Program-made: the position numbers and the translations under genes
Source of the DNA: Myxococcota bacterium
Lineage (GTDB): Bacteria; Myxococcota_A; UBA9160; JAFDDA01
Length of the DNA: 64,000 bases
Direction: 5' to 3'
Assembly: GCA_965228475.1 (NCBI GenBank)
Contig: OZ245817.1
Coordinates: 4,256,001-4,320,000 of the forward strand
Shown: in pieces, positions 38,147 to 48,506 of the stretch
Layout: each line of letters starts with the position of its first letter
Position numbering within the stretch: position 1 is the stretch's first letter
Notes under the pieces: model-generated
Seen by the model: the letters and a program-made list of their open reading frames with translations, nothing else
Databases searched by the model: none
What the model was told of the DNA's origin: nothing

Positions 38147-39699
38147 GGGGCCTCCTGTCGGCCAACCCGGCCGCGAACTTGCGAACCGGAATGCAGCGCC
38201 GAGGCCACCGCACGTGCCAGGGCACCCGCCTCCGGCTGCTCGGCCACGGCCGCGGCGTCGAGCCCCGCCGCTTCGAGGGCCGCCGCCGTGGTCGGCCCGA
38301 TGGCGACCCGCGCGCAGTGCCCGGCGGCCTCGCGGGCCGGCTCGTCGAGCATGGCGAGAAAATTCCGCACCGTCGAGGGGCTCGTGAACGTGAGCGCGTC
38401 GAGCGTTCCCGAAGCGAGCTCCGCGCGAAGCGCCTCCGCGTTCCCTTCCGGCGCCACGGCCCGGTAGGCCACGGGGTCGTCGACGAGGGCCCCGCCGCTG
38501 CGAAGATCCCGGGGGAGCGCGCCGCGCGCGATCTCGGAACGCGGGACGAGCAGGCGCCGGCCGGCCGCCGGGAGCACGCGAAGGATCTCCTCGGCGAGGC
38601 CCTCGGCCACGGAGACCGCGGGCACCGCGCGAACGCTCACGCCGATCCGCGCCGCCGCGCGCGCGGTCCGCTCCCCGATGCAGGCGGCCGTCACGCCGTC
38701 GACCCGGACCCCCTGGCGCTTCGCCGCCGTGGCGAAGGCCTCGACCGCGTTCGTGCTCGCGAAGACCACCGCCTCGTAGTCGTCGAGGCGGGCAAGCGCC
38801 TCCTCGAGCGCGAGCGGATCGGAGGGCGGCTCGATCTCGAGGGTGGGAATCGCGACGGGTTCCCCGCCGAGGGCGCGGATGGCGGAGAGCAGCGGGGCCG
38901 CCTGGGAAGCCGGGCGGGTCACGAGCACGCGCCGGCCGAACAGCGGCGCACGCTCGAACCAGGCGAGCTCCTCGCGCAGCCGCACGACGTCGCCGATCAC
39001 GACCACGGAGGGCGCGCCCAGGCCGGCCTCCTCGACCCGCTTCGGCAACTCCGAGAGCGGCGCCGTGACGGTCTGCTGACGCGGCGTCGTGCCCCACATG
39101 ATGGCTGCGGCGGGCGTGTCGCCCGGGCGGCCCGCGGACAGCACCCGCGCGACCAGGCTCGGGAGGTTCTTCATGCCCATCAGGATGACGAGCGTGTCGA
39201 CCGCGTTGGCGAGGGCTTCCCAGCGGGTGTTCTCGCTCACGCGCGTCGGATCCTTGTGTCCCGTGACGACCGCGAAGGAGGCGGCGTAGCGACGGTCCGT
39301 GACGGGGATCCCCGCATGGGCCGGAACCGCGAGCGCCGAACTCACGCCGGGAACGACCTCGAAGTCGATGCCGGCGGCGGCGCAGTGGCTGGCTTCCTCC
39401 CCGCCGCGGCCGAAGACGAAGGAGTCGCCGCCCTTCAACCGGACCACCGTCTTGCCCGCGAGGGCGTGGCGGACGAGGAGCGCGTTCACGTCGTCCTGGC
39501 TGCGGGTGGGCGCATCGTGCCCGCGCTTGCCGACGTTGATGAGCTCCGCATCCTTCGCCGCGAAGGCAAGAAGCGACTCGTCCACGAGCTGGTCGTAGAG
39601 GACCACGTCCGCGCGTCCGAGCACGGCCGCCCCGCGCAGGGTCAGGAGGTCCGGGTCGCCGGGGCCGGCGCCGACGAGGATCACCCGGCCGGGGCTCAA
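38143..39699 (-). CDS. cobA: Uroporphyrinogen-III C-methyltransferase / uroporphyrinogen-III synthase fusion
   Basis: [24 protein letters not shown]; HemD part RVLVTRP, FTSPST, AIGPTT. Confidence 0.93.
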   Translation of the reverse strand: MSPGRVILVGAGPGDPDLLTLRGAAVLGRADVVLYDQLVDESLLAFAAKDAELINVGKRGHDAPTRSQDDVNALLVRHALAGKTVVRLKGGDSFVFGRGGEEASHCAAAGIDFEVVPGVSSALAVPAHAGIPVTDRRYAASFAVVTGHKDPTRVSENTRWEALANAVDTLVILMGMKNLPSLVARVLSAGRPGDTPAAAIMWGTTPRQQTVTAPLSELPKRVEEAGLGAPSVVVIGDVVRLREELAWFERAPLFGRRVLVTRPASQAAPLLSAIRALGGEPVAIPTLEIEPPSDPLALEEALARLDDYEAVVFASTNAVEAFATAAKRQGVRVDGVTAACIGERTARAAARIGVSVRAVPAVSVAEGLAEEILRVLPAAGRRLLVPRSEIARGALPRDLRSGGALVDDPVAYRAVAPEGNAEALRAELASGTLDALTFTSPSTVRNFLAMLDEPAREAAGHCARVAIGPTTAAALEAAGLDAAAVAEQPEAGALARAVASALHSGSQVRGRVGRQEAP

Positions 39700-40622
39700 C
39701 CGGCTGCCTCGGCCCGAAGGCGCTCGAGGAGCGCCTGACCGCCGCGGGCCAGCACACTCTCGGCAGCGGCGGCGCCCGCCGCAGCCGCCTGATCGCGCGG
39801 AGCGGACTCCGTGGCGCGGATCATCTCGCGCCCGTCGACGGAGCAGAGCAGCGCATCGAGTTCGACGGTCTCGCCGCGAAGCCGCGCGTGTGCGGCGAGC
39901 GGCGTCGAGCAATCGCCGCCGAGGCCGATCAGGAAAGCGCGCTCCGCATGGGCCACGCACTCCGCCTCGGCGTCGGAGAGCTTCGCAATGGCATCGTGGA
40001 ACGAATCCCCCTCGCGCGTCTCGAGGGCGAGCGTGCCCTGACAGACGGCCGGGAGCACCGTCTCGGCGGCGAGCCGTTCGGAGATGCGGTCGGCCAGGCC
40101 GAGCCGCTCGAGCCCGGCGCAGGCGAGCACCACCGCGTCGAGCCCCTCGTCCTCGAGCTTCCGAAGGCGCGTCGGGACGTTCCCCCGCAGCGGAACGATG
40201 CGGAGGTCCGCGCGCGCCGCGAGCAGCTGCGCGCCGCGGCGGACCGAACCGGTGCCGACCCGCGCGCCCTCGGGCAGGTCCGCGAGCCGGTGCTTCGGCT
40301 CGCGGCACACGAGCGCGTCGCGCGGATCGACCCGCTCGGGAAACGCGGCGAGCGCGCACCCGGGCGCCACCTCCGCCGGGAGGTCCTTCGCGCTGTGGAC
40401 GGCGACGTCGGCGCGCCCGTCGAGGAGCGCCTCCTCGATCTCCTTCACGAAGAGGCCTTTGCCGCCGATCTTCGAGAGCGAAACGGATTGGATCCGGTCG
40501 CCCGTGGTCTTGAGCACGACCTGCTCGGTCGCTTCCCCGAGGCGATCCTCGATGAGCTTCGCGACCTGGCGCGCCTGGGCCAACGCGAGGTCGCTCCCCC
40601 GCGTCGCGATGCGAACGGTCAC
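39696..40622 (-). CDS. hemC: Hydroxymethylbilane synthase
   Basis: [33 protein letters not shown]. Confidence 0.96.
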   Translation of the reverse strand: MTVRIATRGSDLALAQARQVAKLIEDRLGEATEQVVLKTTGDRIQSVSLSKIGGKGLFVKEIEEALLDGRADVAVHSAKDLPAEVAPGCALAAFPERVDPRDALVCREPKHRLADLPEGARVGTGSVRRGAQLLAARADLRIVPLRGNVPTRLRKLEDEGLDAVVLACAGLERLGLADRISERLAAETVLPAVCQGTLALETREGDSFHDAIAKLSDAEAECVAHAERAFLIGLGGDCSTPLAAHARLRGETVELDALLCSVDGREMIRATESAPRDQAAAAGAAAAESVLARGGQALLERLRAEAAG

Positions 40623-41947
40623 CGGGAACGCTCGGAGTCGTCTTCGTCGCCGGGGTCGCGATCGCGCGCATCGGACTCGCCGTCGAGGTCGAAGAGCTTC
40701 CGGGTCACCTCCAGATAGGCGACACCCTCTTCGCGCTCCGCCTCCTTGCGCAGGCGGGAGAGCGGTGCGTGCAGGATCTTGTTCGCGACCGAGCGCACCA
40801 GGGCCTCGACGCCCTCGCGCTGGCGCGGGTCGAGCCCGAGCTTTTCGATCTGCCGGTCGACCTCCCGTTCGCGAATGCCGTCGGCCCGCTCGCGCAGCTC
40901 GCGCAGGGTCGGGCCGGCGCGGAGCGCCGAGAGCCACCCCAGGAAGTTGGCCTCTTCCTCCGCCACGATGGCCTCCGCCTGGACCGTCTCGCGACGGCGC
41001 TCTTCGGCGTTCTGCTCGGCCACCCCGGAGAGATCGTCGAGGTCGAACAGATAGACGTCGTCGAGATCGTTCACGTCGGCGGCGACGTTGCGCGGCACGC
41101 CGATGTCGATCACGAAGATCGGGCGGCCCCGCCGGGCGCGCAGCGCCTCGCTCATGCGGTCCTTCGTGAGCAGCGGCCCGTGCCCCGCGATGCAGGTGAG
41201 CACGACGTCGGCGTCCCGCAGCTGGGCATCGAGATCGTCGAGGCCGAACGCTTCGGCGTCGTAGCGCGCCGCCAGCTCCTCGGCGCGCCCGCGCGTCCGG
41301 TTCACGACGCTCGTGTGCACGAGCCCCGCACCCCGCAGCGCCTCGAGCGCCAGCTCGATCATCTCCCCCGCTCCGATGAGCAGGGCCCGTTTGTCCTCGA
41401 AGCGCTCGAAGACCTGGCGCGCCAGATCGACGGCGACCCGCGCGACCGAGACCGGACGCTCGGCGATGCGCGTCTCGCGCCGGACCCGCTTCGCGGTGGC
41501 GAAGGCGCGGGAGAAGAGCCGCGTCAGAATCACCCCGCAGGCCCCCGTGTCGACGGCCAGACGGTAGGCGTCCTTCATCTGGCCGAGGATCTGCGGTTCG
41601 CCGACCACGAGCGAATCGATCGAAGAGGCCACCCGGAACGCGTGCCGCACGGCGGCACCGTCGTGGAAGTGATAGAGGCAGCCGTCGAGCTCGGCGGCCG
41701 AGGGGGCCACCGCCTGCTCCGTGAGATCGCGCTGAAAGAACGAGTGCAGCCGGAGGCGTGCCGCTTCGGACTCCTTCGAGGAAGCCAGGATCTCGACGCG
41801 GTTGCAGGTCGAGAGCAGCACCGCCTCCTCGATCTCCGGGCTCGCGACGAGCTTCATCAGCGCCGGCGTCGGATCGTCGAGGACGAAGCGCTCGCGAAGC
41901 TCGACGGGCGCCGAGCGATGGTTCATGCCGACGAGGTGGAGCTTCAC
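40619..41947 (-). CDS. hemA: Glutamyl-tRNA reductase
   Basis: LSTCNRVE, GEPQILGQ, IGAGEM, DIGVPRN. Confidence 0.96.
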   Translation of the reverse strand: MKLHLVGMNHRSAPVELRERFVLDDPTPALMKLVASPEIEEAVLLSTCNRVEILASSKESEAARLRLHSFFQRDLTEQAVAPSAAELDGCLYHFHDGAAVRHAFRVASSIDSLVVGEPQILGQMKDAYRLAVDTGACGVILTRLFSRAFATAKRVRRETRIAERPVSVARVAVDLARQVFERFEDKRALLIGAGEMIELALEALRGAGLVHTSVVNRTRGRAEELAARYDAEAFGLDDLDAQLRDADVVLTCIAGHGPLLTKDRMSEALRARRGRPIFVIDIGVPRNVAADVNDLDDVYLFDLDDLSGVAEQNAEERRRETVQAEAIVAEEEANFLGWLSALRAGPTLRELRERADGIREREVDRQIEKLGLDPRQREGVEALVRSVANKILHAPLSRLRKEAEREEGVAYLEVTRKLFDLDGESDARDRDPGDEDDSERSR

Positions 41948-42729
41948 GCGAGCCACCCCACACCGAGCACGGCGAACAGGAGGAAACCGAATCCGCCGAC
42001 CGCCGAGAGGGCGGCGCTGCGCGCGCTCTGGTGCATGGCGAAGCGCCCGAGCAGAAGCCCGCCGTAGATCGCCCAGGCCACGGTGGTCCAGATCTCGTGC
42101 GCGGACCCGCTCCACAGCGCGCCGTCGGATGCCTCGAGCCAGAGCATGCCGGTCAGCACGCCGAGCGTGAGCAGAACGAAGCCGACGCTGAGGGAGACGA
42201 CGTTCACGCGGTCGAGGGTCTCGAGAGACGGCAGGCCCGTCGCGCCGGTGCGCTTGCGCTTCAACGCCCGCGCCTCGCGCAGGAAGGCGACTCCCGCAAG
42301 CCCGGCCACGGCGAGCAGGCCGAGCCCGGCGCTCGCGAGCAGCACGTGGGCATGGGGCCAGGAGCCGGCGTCGACGATGCTCGTCCCCGGCGCGTGGGGC
42401 ATGCGCGCCGCGCCGAAGAACGCGCCGAGGAAGCCGAGCGGCGCGATCCACACGACCAACGCGTCCCAGCGCGCCCGCATCGTGAAGGCGAGGAAGGCGA
42501 CCATCGCGAGGCAGCTCATCAGCGAGATCACGGCCGGCAGGTCCGTCAGATGCGGCGTCGGCTCCGCGCTGTGGAGGAAGCCGAAGGCGGCCAGGTGCAC
42601 GACGGCCCCCGCCGAAAGCAGCCACGCAGCGGCCCGGCGCGCCGGCCCGGCCGAGGAGAGCGCGACGCCTCCGACGATCGCCGCCAGCAGGTAGATCGCC
42701 GCCGCCAGCTGCTGGAGCATGATCAGCAT
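41944..42729 (-). CDS. Cytochrome c assembly family protein (CcsA/HemX-like)
   Basis: 8 TM; LPSLETLD, LTLGVLTGMLW; directly upstream of hemA. Confidence 0.85.
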   Translation of the reverse strand: MLIMLQQLAAAIYLLAAIVGGVALSSAGPARRAAAWLLSAGAVVHLAAFGFLHSAEPTPHLTDLPAVISLMSCLAMVAFLAFTMRARWDALVVWIAPLGFLGAFFGAARMPHAPGTSIVDAGSWPHAHVLLASAGLGLLAVAGLAGVAFLREARALKRKRTGATGLPSLETLDRVNVVSLSVGFVLLTLGVLTGMLWLEASDGALWSGSAHEIWTTVAWAIYGGLLLGRFAMHQSARSAALSAVGGFGFLLFAVLGVGWLA

Positions 42730-43295
42730 GCGCCGCCGCCCTTCTCCGCCCGGCGCGCTTCGAGCCGGGCCATCTGCTCGGCCACGCGGGCGGCGTCGTT
42801 CACCATCTCGAAGACGCGGTAGCTCGGCTCGCCGAAGAGCACGAAGCGGATCTCCTCGAGGCCCGCGCCCTCGCCGGCCAGGTGCTTGCGCGCCTCCTCG
42901 ATCAGGATCTCGGCGCAGCGCTGCATCGGAAAGCCAGCGATCCCGGCGCCGATCGCCGGAACGGCGACCGTCTTGCAGCCTTTCTCTTCGGCCAGGGCCA
43001 GGCTCGCCTGCATGGCGCTCCGCACGCTCGCTTCGTCGGCCTGCCCGCCCGGCGGCATCGACGCGGCGTGGATGACGTACCGGGCCGGCAGATCGCCCGC
43101 GCCGGTCACCGCAGCGCCGCCGACCTCCACGGGCCCGTGGGCATCGCACTCGGCCTGAATGCTCGGGCCACCGCTCGCGGCGATCGCGCCGGCCACGCCC
43201 GAGCCGAGCACGAGCTGGCTGTTCGCCGCGTTCACCACCGCGCACACCTCCTGCGCGGTGATGTCGCCTTCGAGGAGAACGATCCGGCCGCTCAT
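42723..43295 (-). CDS. Macro domain protein
   Basis: GDIT, VNAAN, GSGVAGAI, VIHA, PAIGAGIAG. Confidence 0.92.
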   Translation of the reverse strand: MSGRIVLLEGDITAQEVCAVVNAANSQLVLGSGVAGAIAASGGPSIQAECDAHGPVEVGGAAVTGAGDLPARYVIHAASMPPGGQADEASVRSAMQASLALAEEKGCKTVAVPAIGAGIAGFPMQRCAEILIEEARKHLAGEGAGLEEIRFVLFGEPSYRVFEMVNDAARVAEQMARLEARRAEKGGGAC

Positions 43296-43303
43296 GACTG
43301 GCC

Positions 43304-43897
43304 TCACCCGTCGGAGGGCGGGAAGAGTGCCTCGTCCACCAGCTCACAGAGGATGTGGCCGACGGTGATGTGGGATTCCTGGATGCGCTGGGTGTCGTCG
43401 GACGGCACCACGATGGCGACGTCGACGACCGGCGCGAGCTTCCCGCCGCCGCGGCCCACCAGGCCGATCGTGCGCAGCCCCCGCTCGCGGGCCTCCTGGA
43501 CGGCGGCCAGCACGTTCGGCGAGTTGCCCGAGGTCGAGATCGCGATGGCGACGTCGCCCTCGCGGCCGTGGGCCTGGACGAGCCGCGTGAAGATGTGATC
43601 GAAGCCGTAGTCGTTGCCGATCGCCGTGACGTCGGAGCTGTTGGCGGTGAGCGCGATGGCGGGCAGCGCGGGGCGCTCGCGCGCGAGCCGCCCGGTCAGC
43701 TCCCCGGCGATGTGCTGGGCATCGCTCGCCGACCCGCCGTTGCCGAAGAGCAGGATCTTCCCGCCGCCGCGCAGGCCCTCGACGCAGAGCTCCGCGGCTC
43801 CGGCGATCCCCTCGGCGGAGGCCTCGGCCATCTCGCGCTTCACCGCGGCACTTTGTTCGAAGATGGCGCGGACCCGATCGAGCGGGTTGGAAGTCAT
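43304..43897 (-). CDS. gmhA: D-sedoheptulose 7-phosphate isomerase
   Basis: [28 protein letters not shown]. Confidence 0.95.
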   Translation of the reverse strand: MTSNPLDRVRAIFEQSAAVKREMAEASAEGIAGAAELCVEGLRGGGKILLFGNGGSASDAQHIAGELTGRLARERPALPAIALTANSSDVTAIGNDYGFDHIFTRLVQAHGREGDVAIAISTSGNSPNVLAAVQEARERGLRTIGLVGRGGGKLAPVVDVAIVVPSDDTQRIQESHITVGHILCELVDEALFPPSDG

Positions 43898-43981
43898 GGC
43901 GGCGGCTCCCGGCGTGCGGCCCCACGGGCCGCCGAAGAAGGAAAACCCGTTGAAAAACAGGAGGATTGGCGCCTAGGCCCG

Positions 43982-44010
43982 AGGGTAACGGGCACCCCAG
44001 GGGGCGTCAA
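43982..44010 (-). promoter_or_regulatory. Candidate sigma70 promoter for the gmhA-hem operon
   Basis: TTGACG-N17-TACCCT on the minus strand. Confidence 0.5.
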
Positions 44011-44148
44011 CGTCCGCGCCCGGAGGCCCCGAGAGGATCCCGCCTTCGCACCCGCCGGGGCGCCTGCTAAGGTGAGCCGCCCCGCGGACCCCCGGTGACC
44101 CCGCCGACCCCGCGGCATCGAACCGCGCGACGCCCAAGGAGAGCTGCC

Positions 44149-44472
44149 ATGGCCGAAATCGTCGAAATCACCGATCAGAGCTTCGAGAGCGAGGTCCTGC
44201 AATCGGACGTGCCCGTCATCCTCGACTTCTGGGCCGAGTGGTGTGCCCCCTGCCGCGCGATCGCGCCGATCGTCAAGGAGCTGGCCGACCAGTACGGCGA
44301 CAAGGTGAAGATCGCCAAGATGAACATCGACGAGAACCCGAACTCGCCCGCCAAGTACCAGGTGCGCGCGATCCCGACCGTGCTCGCCTTCCAGGGCGGC
44401 GAGGTCGTCGAGATGCTCCAGGGCGCCCGCCCGAAGGGCGCCTTCGAAGAGATGATCCAGAAGCTGATCTGA
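44149..44472 (+). CDS. trxA: Thioredoxin
   Basis: DFWAEWCAPC, AIPT; SD AGGAG. Confidence 0.95.
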   Translation: MAEIVEITDQSFESEVLQSDVPVILDFWAEWCAPCRAIAPIVKELADQYGDKVKIAKMNIDENPNSPAKYQVRAIPTVLAFQGGEVVEMLQGARPKGAFEEMIQKLI

Positions 44473-44504
44473 GCGCGTAGGATGGGAGCCCAAGGAGGCC
44501 CCCC

Positions 44505-45260
44505 ATGCCGCTTCGGATCTTCGCGCTCTCCCTGCTCCTGCTCGCCGTCCCGGCTGCCGCCTCGGACGGCCGAATCGAGATCAATCAGACCTGTGCACTC
44601 GCCGGAGGCTGCGTGCCCGGCGACGCCCCGGGCTTCCCGGTCACGATTCCGGGCGAGCAGAGCTACGTCCTGACCAGCAGTCTCGAGGTCACGGGCGGCG
44701 TTTCGGCGATCGCGAGCAACTCCCGCGGCATCACCCTCGATCTCAACGGCTTCACCATCGAGGGCGACTACACGTGCAACGTGAATCCACCCAACTGCAT
44801 CGTCCGCGGGAGTCCGATCATCGATCTGGCTGGCTGGCACGCGACGGTCCGGAACGGGAACGTCCGGAACTCGAGCGGCATCTTCGTGAACCTCGGCTTC
44901 TTCGGGCGGGCCGAGAACCTGAACGTCTATTTCGGCGGGAGCGACGGCATCGTCACGGGCGCCGGTAGCCTCGTCCTCGACAACCAGGTCGGCTCCGTCG
45001 CGGGAGACGCGATCCAGATGTCCTTCAACCCGGAAATCGCTGGCGACGGGCGGGTCGAAGGCAACCTCATCCGGAGCGTGCGCGGCGACGGCATCGATAT
45101 CAGCCAGGGCCTCGTCCTCCGCAACTATGTCTCTAGCGCCTTCCTGCAGGATGGTCGCTTCCAGGCGAGCTCCGCCGCATACGGCCTGAACCGCTTCGAC
45201 TCGGCGCCGTCCGGGGGCACGAGCCTGGGCAACAACCTGTGCGGTGGGGCGATCTGCTAG
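44505..45260 (+). CDS. Secreted Cys-capped beta-helix-like protein (paralog 1)
   Basis: Signal peptide; DGRIEINQTCALAGGCVPGDAPGFPVTI...LDLNGF; C-terminal GNNLCGGAIC. Confidence 0.8.
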   Translation: MPLRIFALSLLLLAVPAAASDGRIEINQTCALAGGCVPGDAPGFPVTIPGEQSYVLTSSLEVTGGVSAIASNSRGITLDLNGFTIEGDYTCNVNPPNCIVRGSPIIDLAGWHATVRNGNVRNSSGIFVNLGFFGRAENLNVYFGGSDGIVTGAGSLVLDNQVGSVAGDAIQMSFNPEIAGDGRVEGNLIRSVRGDGIDISQGLVLRNYVSSAFLQDGRFQASSAAYGLNRFDSAPSGGTSLGNNLCGGAIC

Positions 45261-45970
45261 GCCCGAACCCGCTTTCGGCGGAGCGCAGCGACACCCGCGG
45301 TCGCCAGCAGCAGCCAGGTTCCCGCCTCGGGGACCGCCACCATGTCGATGCCGAGGGCGGCGAAGAAGTCGCCGGACGGCACCGGGTCCACGCCGTTCTC
45401 CCAGTTGTTCGCCCAGACGCTGAAGGTCGAGTCGCTCACGCGGTTGGCCGACGTCGGGAAGCTCGTCTCGGGGAAGACCTGGAACGTCCCCTCCGCGACG
45501 GGCACGACGAGATCGTCCGGGTCGAAGAGCCGGTAGTCGAGCTCACCCTGGGCGCGGCCGTTCGGCGTGTCCTCGAGGAAGCTTCCGGCCAGGATCACGA
45601 GCTCGAAGACGTCGCCGATGGACGCGTTCGGCACGCTCGCGTGGATCACCGTGGCGCTCAGGGTGACGTCGGCGAGGAGCTCGGCCGTCTCGTCGCCAGC
45701 GTCCCAATCCGCGGTCAGCGTCCCTTCGATGCGGAAGAGCTTCGCCCCGTCGTTGCGGTACTGCGCGGGGGCGCCGCAGCAGTTCGACGTCGCGGCGTGC
45801 AGGAAGCTGAACTGGAAGAACGGCTCCGCGCCCTGGGTGACCTCGTAATCGATCGAGACGGCAGCCGCCGGACCGGAGAACAGGAACGCAGCCGCGGCGA
45901 CGAGCAGGAGACGGAACGTGCGGGTTCGCAGGAAGCGGAACGTGCGGGTTCCGCGCGGGAAGGCGTGCAT
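45257..45970 (-). CDS. PEP-CTERM-type sorting domain protein
   Basis: Signal peptide; C-terminal VPEAGTWLLLATAGVAALRRKRVRA. Confidence 0.85.
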   Translation of the reverse strand: MHAFPRGTRTFRFLRTRTFRLLLVAAAAFLFSGPAAAVSIDYEVTQGAEPFFQFSFLHAATSNCCGAPAQYRNDGAKLFRIEGTLTADWDAGDETAELLADVTLSATVIHASVPNASIGDVFELVILAGSFLEDTPNGRAQGELDYRLFDPDDLVVPVAEGTFQVFPETSFPTSANRVSDSTFSVWANNWENGVDPVPSGDFFAALGIDMVAVPEAGTWLLLATAGVAALRRKRVRA

Positions 45971-46076
45971 CGTGAGACCCTCGTCCCACGGCCGCAGCGT
46001 CGATTCGTCACGGGAGTCGTGAACGCAAAGAGGGAAGCGGCCGCGAGTGCGGTCCCCTTCCCTTGCCCGGAGAAAA

Positions 46077-46092
46077 TGCAAAGCCCGTGCCC
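46077..46092 (-). promoter_or_regulatory. Sigma54 (-24/-12) promoter upstream of the PEP-CTERM gene
   Basis: GGGCACGGGCTTTGCA (GG-N10-GC). Confidence 0.7.
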
Positions 46093-46168
46093 TCGCTCCC
46101 CGAACGGGCGAGGCGAGAGATTCCGCGCAGTTGCGCGGGAAGCGGCGAAGTCGCCCGCCGAGCGGGAC

Positions 46169-46204
46169 GGAAGGTTTCTTCCCCGTTCCAGGAAAGCCGT
46201 TTCC
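46169..46204. promoter_or_regulatory. Tandem palindromic enhancer-like sites
   Basis: Two GGAA-N6-TTCC (46169-46182 and 46191-46204), 22 bp apart, about 80-110 bp upstream of the sigma54 site. Confidence 0.55.
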
Positions 46205-46226
46205 TACGGGAGGAAACGCCCCCGGC

Positions 46227-46922
46227 CTAGCGGAGCGCCGGGTTCTCGAACACCCGGACGGGCCAGGCCCGCCGCACGGCCTCGCGGTAGAGGAACGGAT
46301 CCGGGTTCGTCACCACCGGGTGCGCGACGAGGTCGAGCAGCGGCAGGTCCGTGATCGAGTCCGTGTAGAAGTAGGACTTCGCGAGATCGATCCCGTGCTC
46401 CTCGATGAACTGCTGGAGCCAGTAGATCTTCCCCTCCTCGAAGCAGATGGGCTCGATCACCCGGCCGGTGAACTGCCCGCCCTCGACCTCGAGCTGGGTG
46501 TAAAGGAAGTACGGGATGCCGAGCCGCTCGGCGAGCGGCTGCACCACGAACTTGGTCGAGCCCGAGACGATCGCGACGACGTGCCCCGCATGCTGGTGCT
46601 GCCGGACGATCTCCACGGCTTCGGGATAGATCGTCTCGACCACGCGGTCTTCGAACCAGACGCGCGCCTCCGCCTCCATCTCCTTTTCGGACTGGCCGCG
46701 GAACTGGGCCATCATGTCCTTGGTCCAGTGGGCGATGTCGAGCATGCCGACCTTGTACTGCAGGTAGGCACCGAGACCCTTGGCGAGCTCCCAGTTCGAG
46801 AGCTCGCCCATCTCGTAGCGGTACTTCATGTACAGCGAGCCCGAGTTCTCGCAGATCAGCGTCTTGTCCATGTCGAAGAAGGCGCCGACCTGGGGCGCCC
46901 GGACCGGCAGGCTCTCGCTCAT
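46227..46922 (-). CDS. HAD-IB family hydrolase (SerB-like)
   Basis: FFDMDKTL, IVSGS, K motif, YTDSITD, NPD. Confidence 0.9.
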   Translation of the reverse strand: MSESLPVRAPQVGAFFDMDKTLICENSGSLYMKYRYEMGELSNWELAKGLGAYLQYKVGMLDIAHWTKDMMAQFRGQSEKEMEAEARVWFEDRVVETIYPEAVEIVRQHQHAGHVVAIVSGSTKFVVQPLAERLGIPYFLYTQLEVEGGQFTGRVIEPICFEEGKIYWLQQFIEEHGIDLAKSYFYTDSITDLPLLDLVAHPVVTNPDPFLYREAVRRAWPVRVFENPALR

Positions 46923-46954
46923 GGCCGGGATTCTACGCAGTTTCGGCCCGCTGC

Positions 46955-46994
46955 GCGCACCGTTGCCGGTCTCCAGGGCGCACCGTTGCCGGTC
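46955..46994. repeat. 17-bp perfect direct repeat in a divergent intergenic region
   Basis: GCGCACCGTTGCCGGTC at 46955-46971 and 46978-46994. Confidence 0.8.
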
Positions 46995-47030
46995 GTTCAG
47001 GCCCCCTCGCGGATGGTCGATGAAGAGGAC

Positions 47031-47375
47031 ATGCGCAGGCGTTTCTACAGCCTCACCCTGATGCTCGCCGTCGGCCTCGCCGGCCCGGGCTGCTTCGCCG
47101 TCGACGAGCTCGACGCCGGCCTCGCCTCGATGAAGGGCGCCGCGCCCGAGGAGGCCGCGGAGCCGGCCGTCGAGGAGAGCTCGGGCGGGGACGACGCCGC
47201 CGAGCGCGCCAAGGCGCTCCAGGCCAAGGCCAAGAACCTCTGGAAGAACGCGCGCACGCCCACCTCGAAGGAGGCCCCGGCCGACCCGGGCGCCGAGCTC
47301 GTCGGCTGCAAGATCGGCGGCAGCACCCGCTTCATGAGCCGCACGGACTGCCTGACCCAGGGCGGCTCGGTCTAG
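47031..47375 (+). CDS. Putative lipoprotein
   Basis: SD GAGGA; lipobox-like LAGPGC; C-terminal C...C motif. Confidence 0.7.
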   Translation: MRRRFYSLTLMLAVGLAGPGCFAVDELDAGLASMKGAAPEEAAEPAVEESSGGDDAAERAKALQAKAKNLWKNARTPTSKEAPADPGAELVGCKIGGSTRFMSRTDCLTQGGSV

Positions 47376-47396
47376 CGCGACCCCGCCCCGGCGGGC

Positions 47397-48506
47397 CTAG
47401 AACATGTACCGCCGCATCGAGATGTTCATCAGCAAGCCTAGGGTCGCGAGGTTCGCGAGCAGTGCGGACCCGCCGTAGGAGAAGAGCGGGAACGGCACGC
47501 CGATCACCGGAGCGAGGCCGAGCACCATCGCGACGTTGATGACCGCGGGCCAGAAGAGGAGCGCCACGCAGCCCACCGCCAGCAGCGCGCCGAAGTTGTC
47601 CTTCGAGTTGCGCGCGATCACGAGGCCCCAGAGCAGGAGCGCGGCGAAGAGCCCGAGAACGACGAAGCTCCCGAGCAGACCCCACTCCTCGGCCAGCACC
47701 GAAAAGACGAAGTCCGTGTGCTGGGTCGGGAGGAAGCGCAGCTGGGTCTGCGTGCCCTCCATGTAGCCCTTGCCGAACAGGCCACCGGAGCCGACGGCGA
47801 TGGTCGACTGGATCACCTGGTAGCCCGAGGAAAGTGGATCGCGCCCCGGGTCGATGAGGTCGAGGATGCGGCCCTTCTGGTAGTCGCGCAGGCCGTAGGT
47901 CCAGAGGCCCGCGAGGCCGACCATGCCGACGGCGGCGACGCCGAGCCACGCGCGCACCGGCACGCGGACGAAGGCCAGGAAGCTCGCCGCGACGAGCAGG
48001 GTCAGCAGCGCCACGCCCATGTCGCCCTGCAGGATGATCAGGCCGACCGGGATCGCCGTCAGCGCGGCGGGCTGCCAGAGCTCGCGCAGCATCTGGATCT
48101 GGCCCGGCGGGTTGCGCGCGAACCAGCGCGCGAGCACGAGGACGAGACCGATGCGCGCGAGCTCCGAGGGCTGGATGCGGAGCGGGCCGAAGACGAGCCA
48201 GCCCTGACTGCCGCGAATCACCGGCGCGAAGAAGAGCGTCGCGAGGAGCAGCAGGACGGTCACGATGTAGGCCGGCACCGCCAGCCGCTGCATGCGCCGG
48301 TAGTCGACGATCACGGCCACGATGAGCGCGGCGGTGCCGATCGCGAGGGCCGTGAGCTGCCGGCGCATCTCGGGCGGCATGCCGTCCTCGGCGGAGGCGT
48401 GGGTCGCCGAGGCGAGGTTTCCGAGGCCGGCACAGACGAGCAAGACCGTCAGGCCGAGCAGCAGCCAATCGAAGTGCTGGGCCGAGCGGCGGTCAATTCG
48501 CAGCAC
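47397..48506 (-). CDS. rodA: Rod shape-determining protein RodA
   Basis: QPSE, GYQVIQS..AVGSGG, HTDFVFS, SYGGS. Confidence 0.96.
   Translation of the reverse strand: MLRIDRRSAQHFDWLLLGLTVLLVCAGLGNLASATHASAEDGMPPEMRRQLTALAIGTAALIVAVIVDYRRMQRLAVPAYIVTVLLLLATLFFAPVIRGSQGWLVFGPLRIQPSELARIGLVLVLARWFARNPPGQIQMLRELWQPAALTAIPVGLIILQGDMGVALLTLLVAASFLAFVRVPVRAWLGVAAVGMVGLAGLWTYGLRDYQKGRILDLIDPGRDPLSSGYQVIQSTIAVGSGGLFGKGYMEGTQTQLRFLPTQHTDFVFSVLAEEWGLLGSFVVLGLFAALLLWGLVIARNSKDNFGALLAVGCVALLFWPAVINVAMVLGLAPVIGVPFPLFSYGGSALLANLATLGLLMNISMRRYMF

Noticed and set aside
42723..43295. Macro domain as a possible DarG/Thoeris defence component
   Set aside because: Stand-alone YmdB-like domain in a housekeeping operon, with no toxin or TIR partner nearby
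45912..45951. 16-bp repeat with 24-bp period in the PEP-CTERM signal peptide (TRTFR twice)
   Set aside because: A small in-frame duplication in the n-region with no evidence of function
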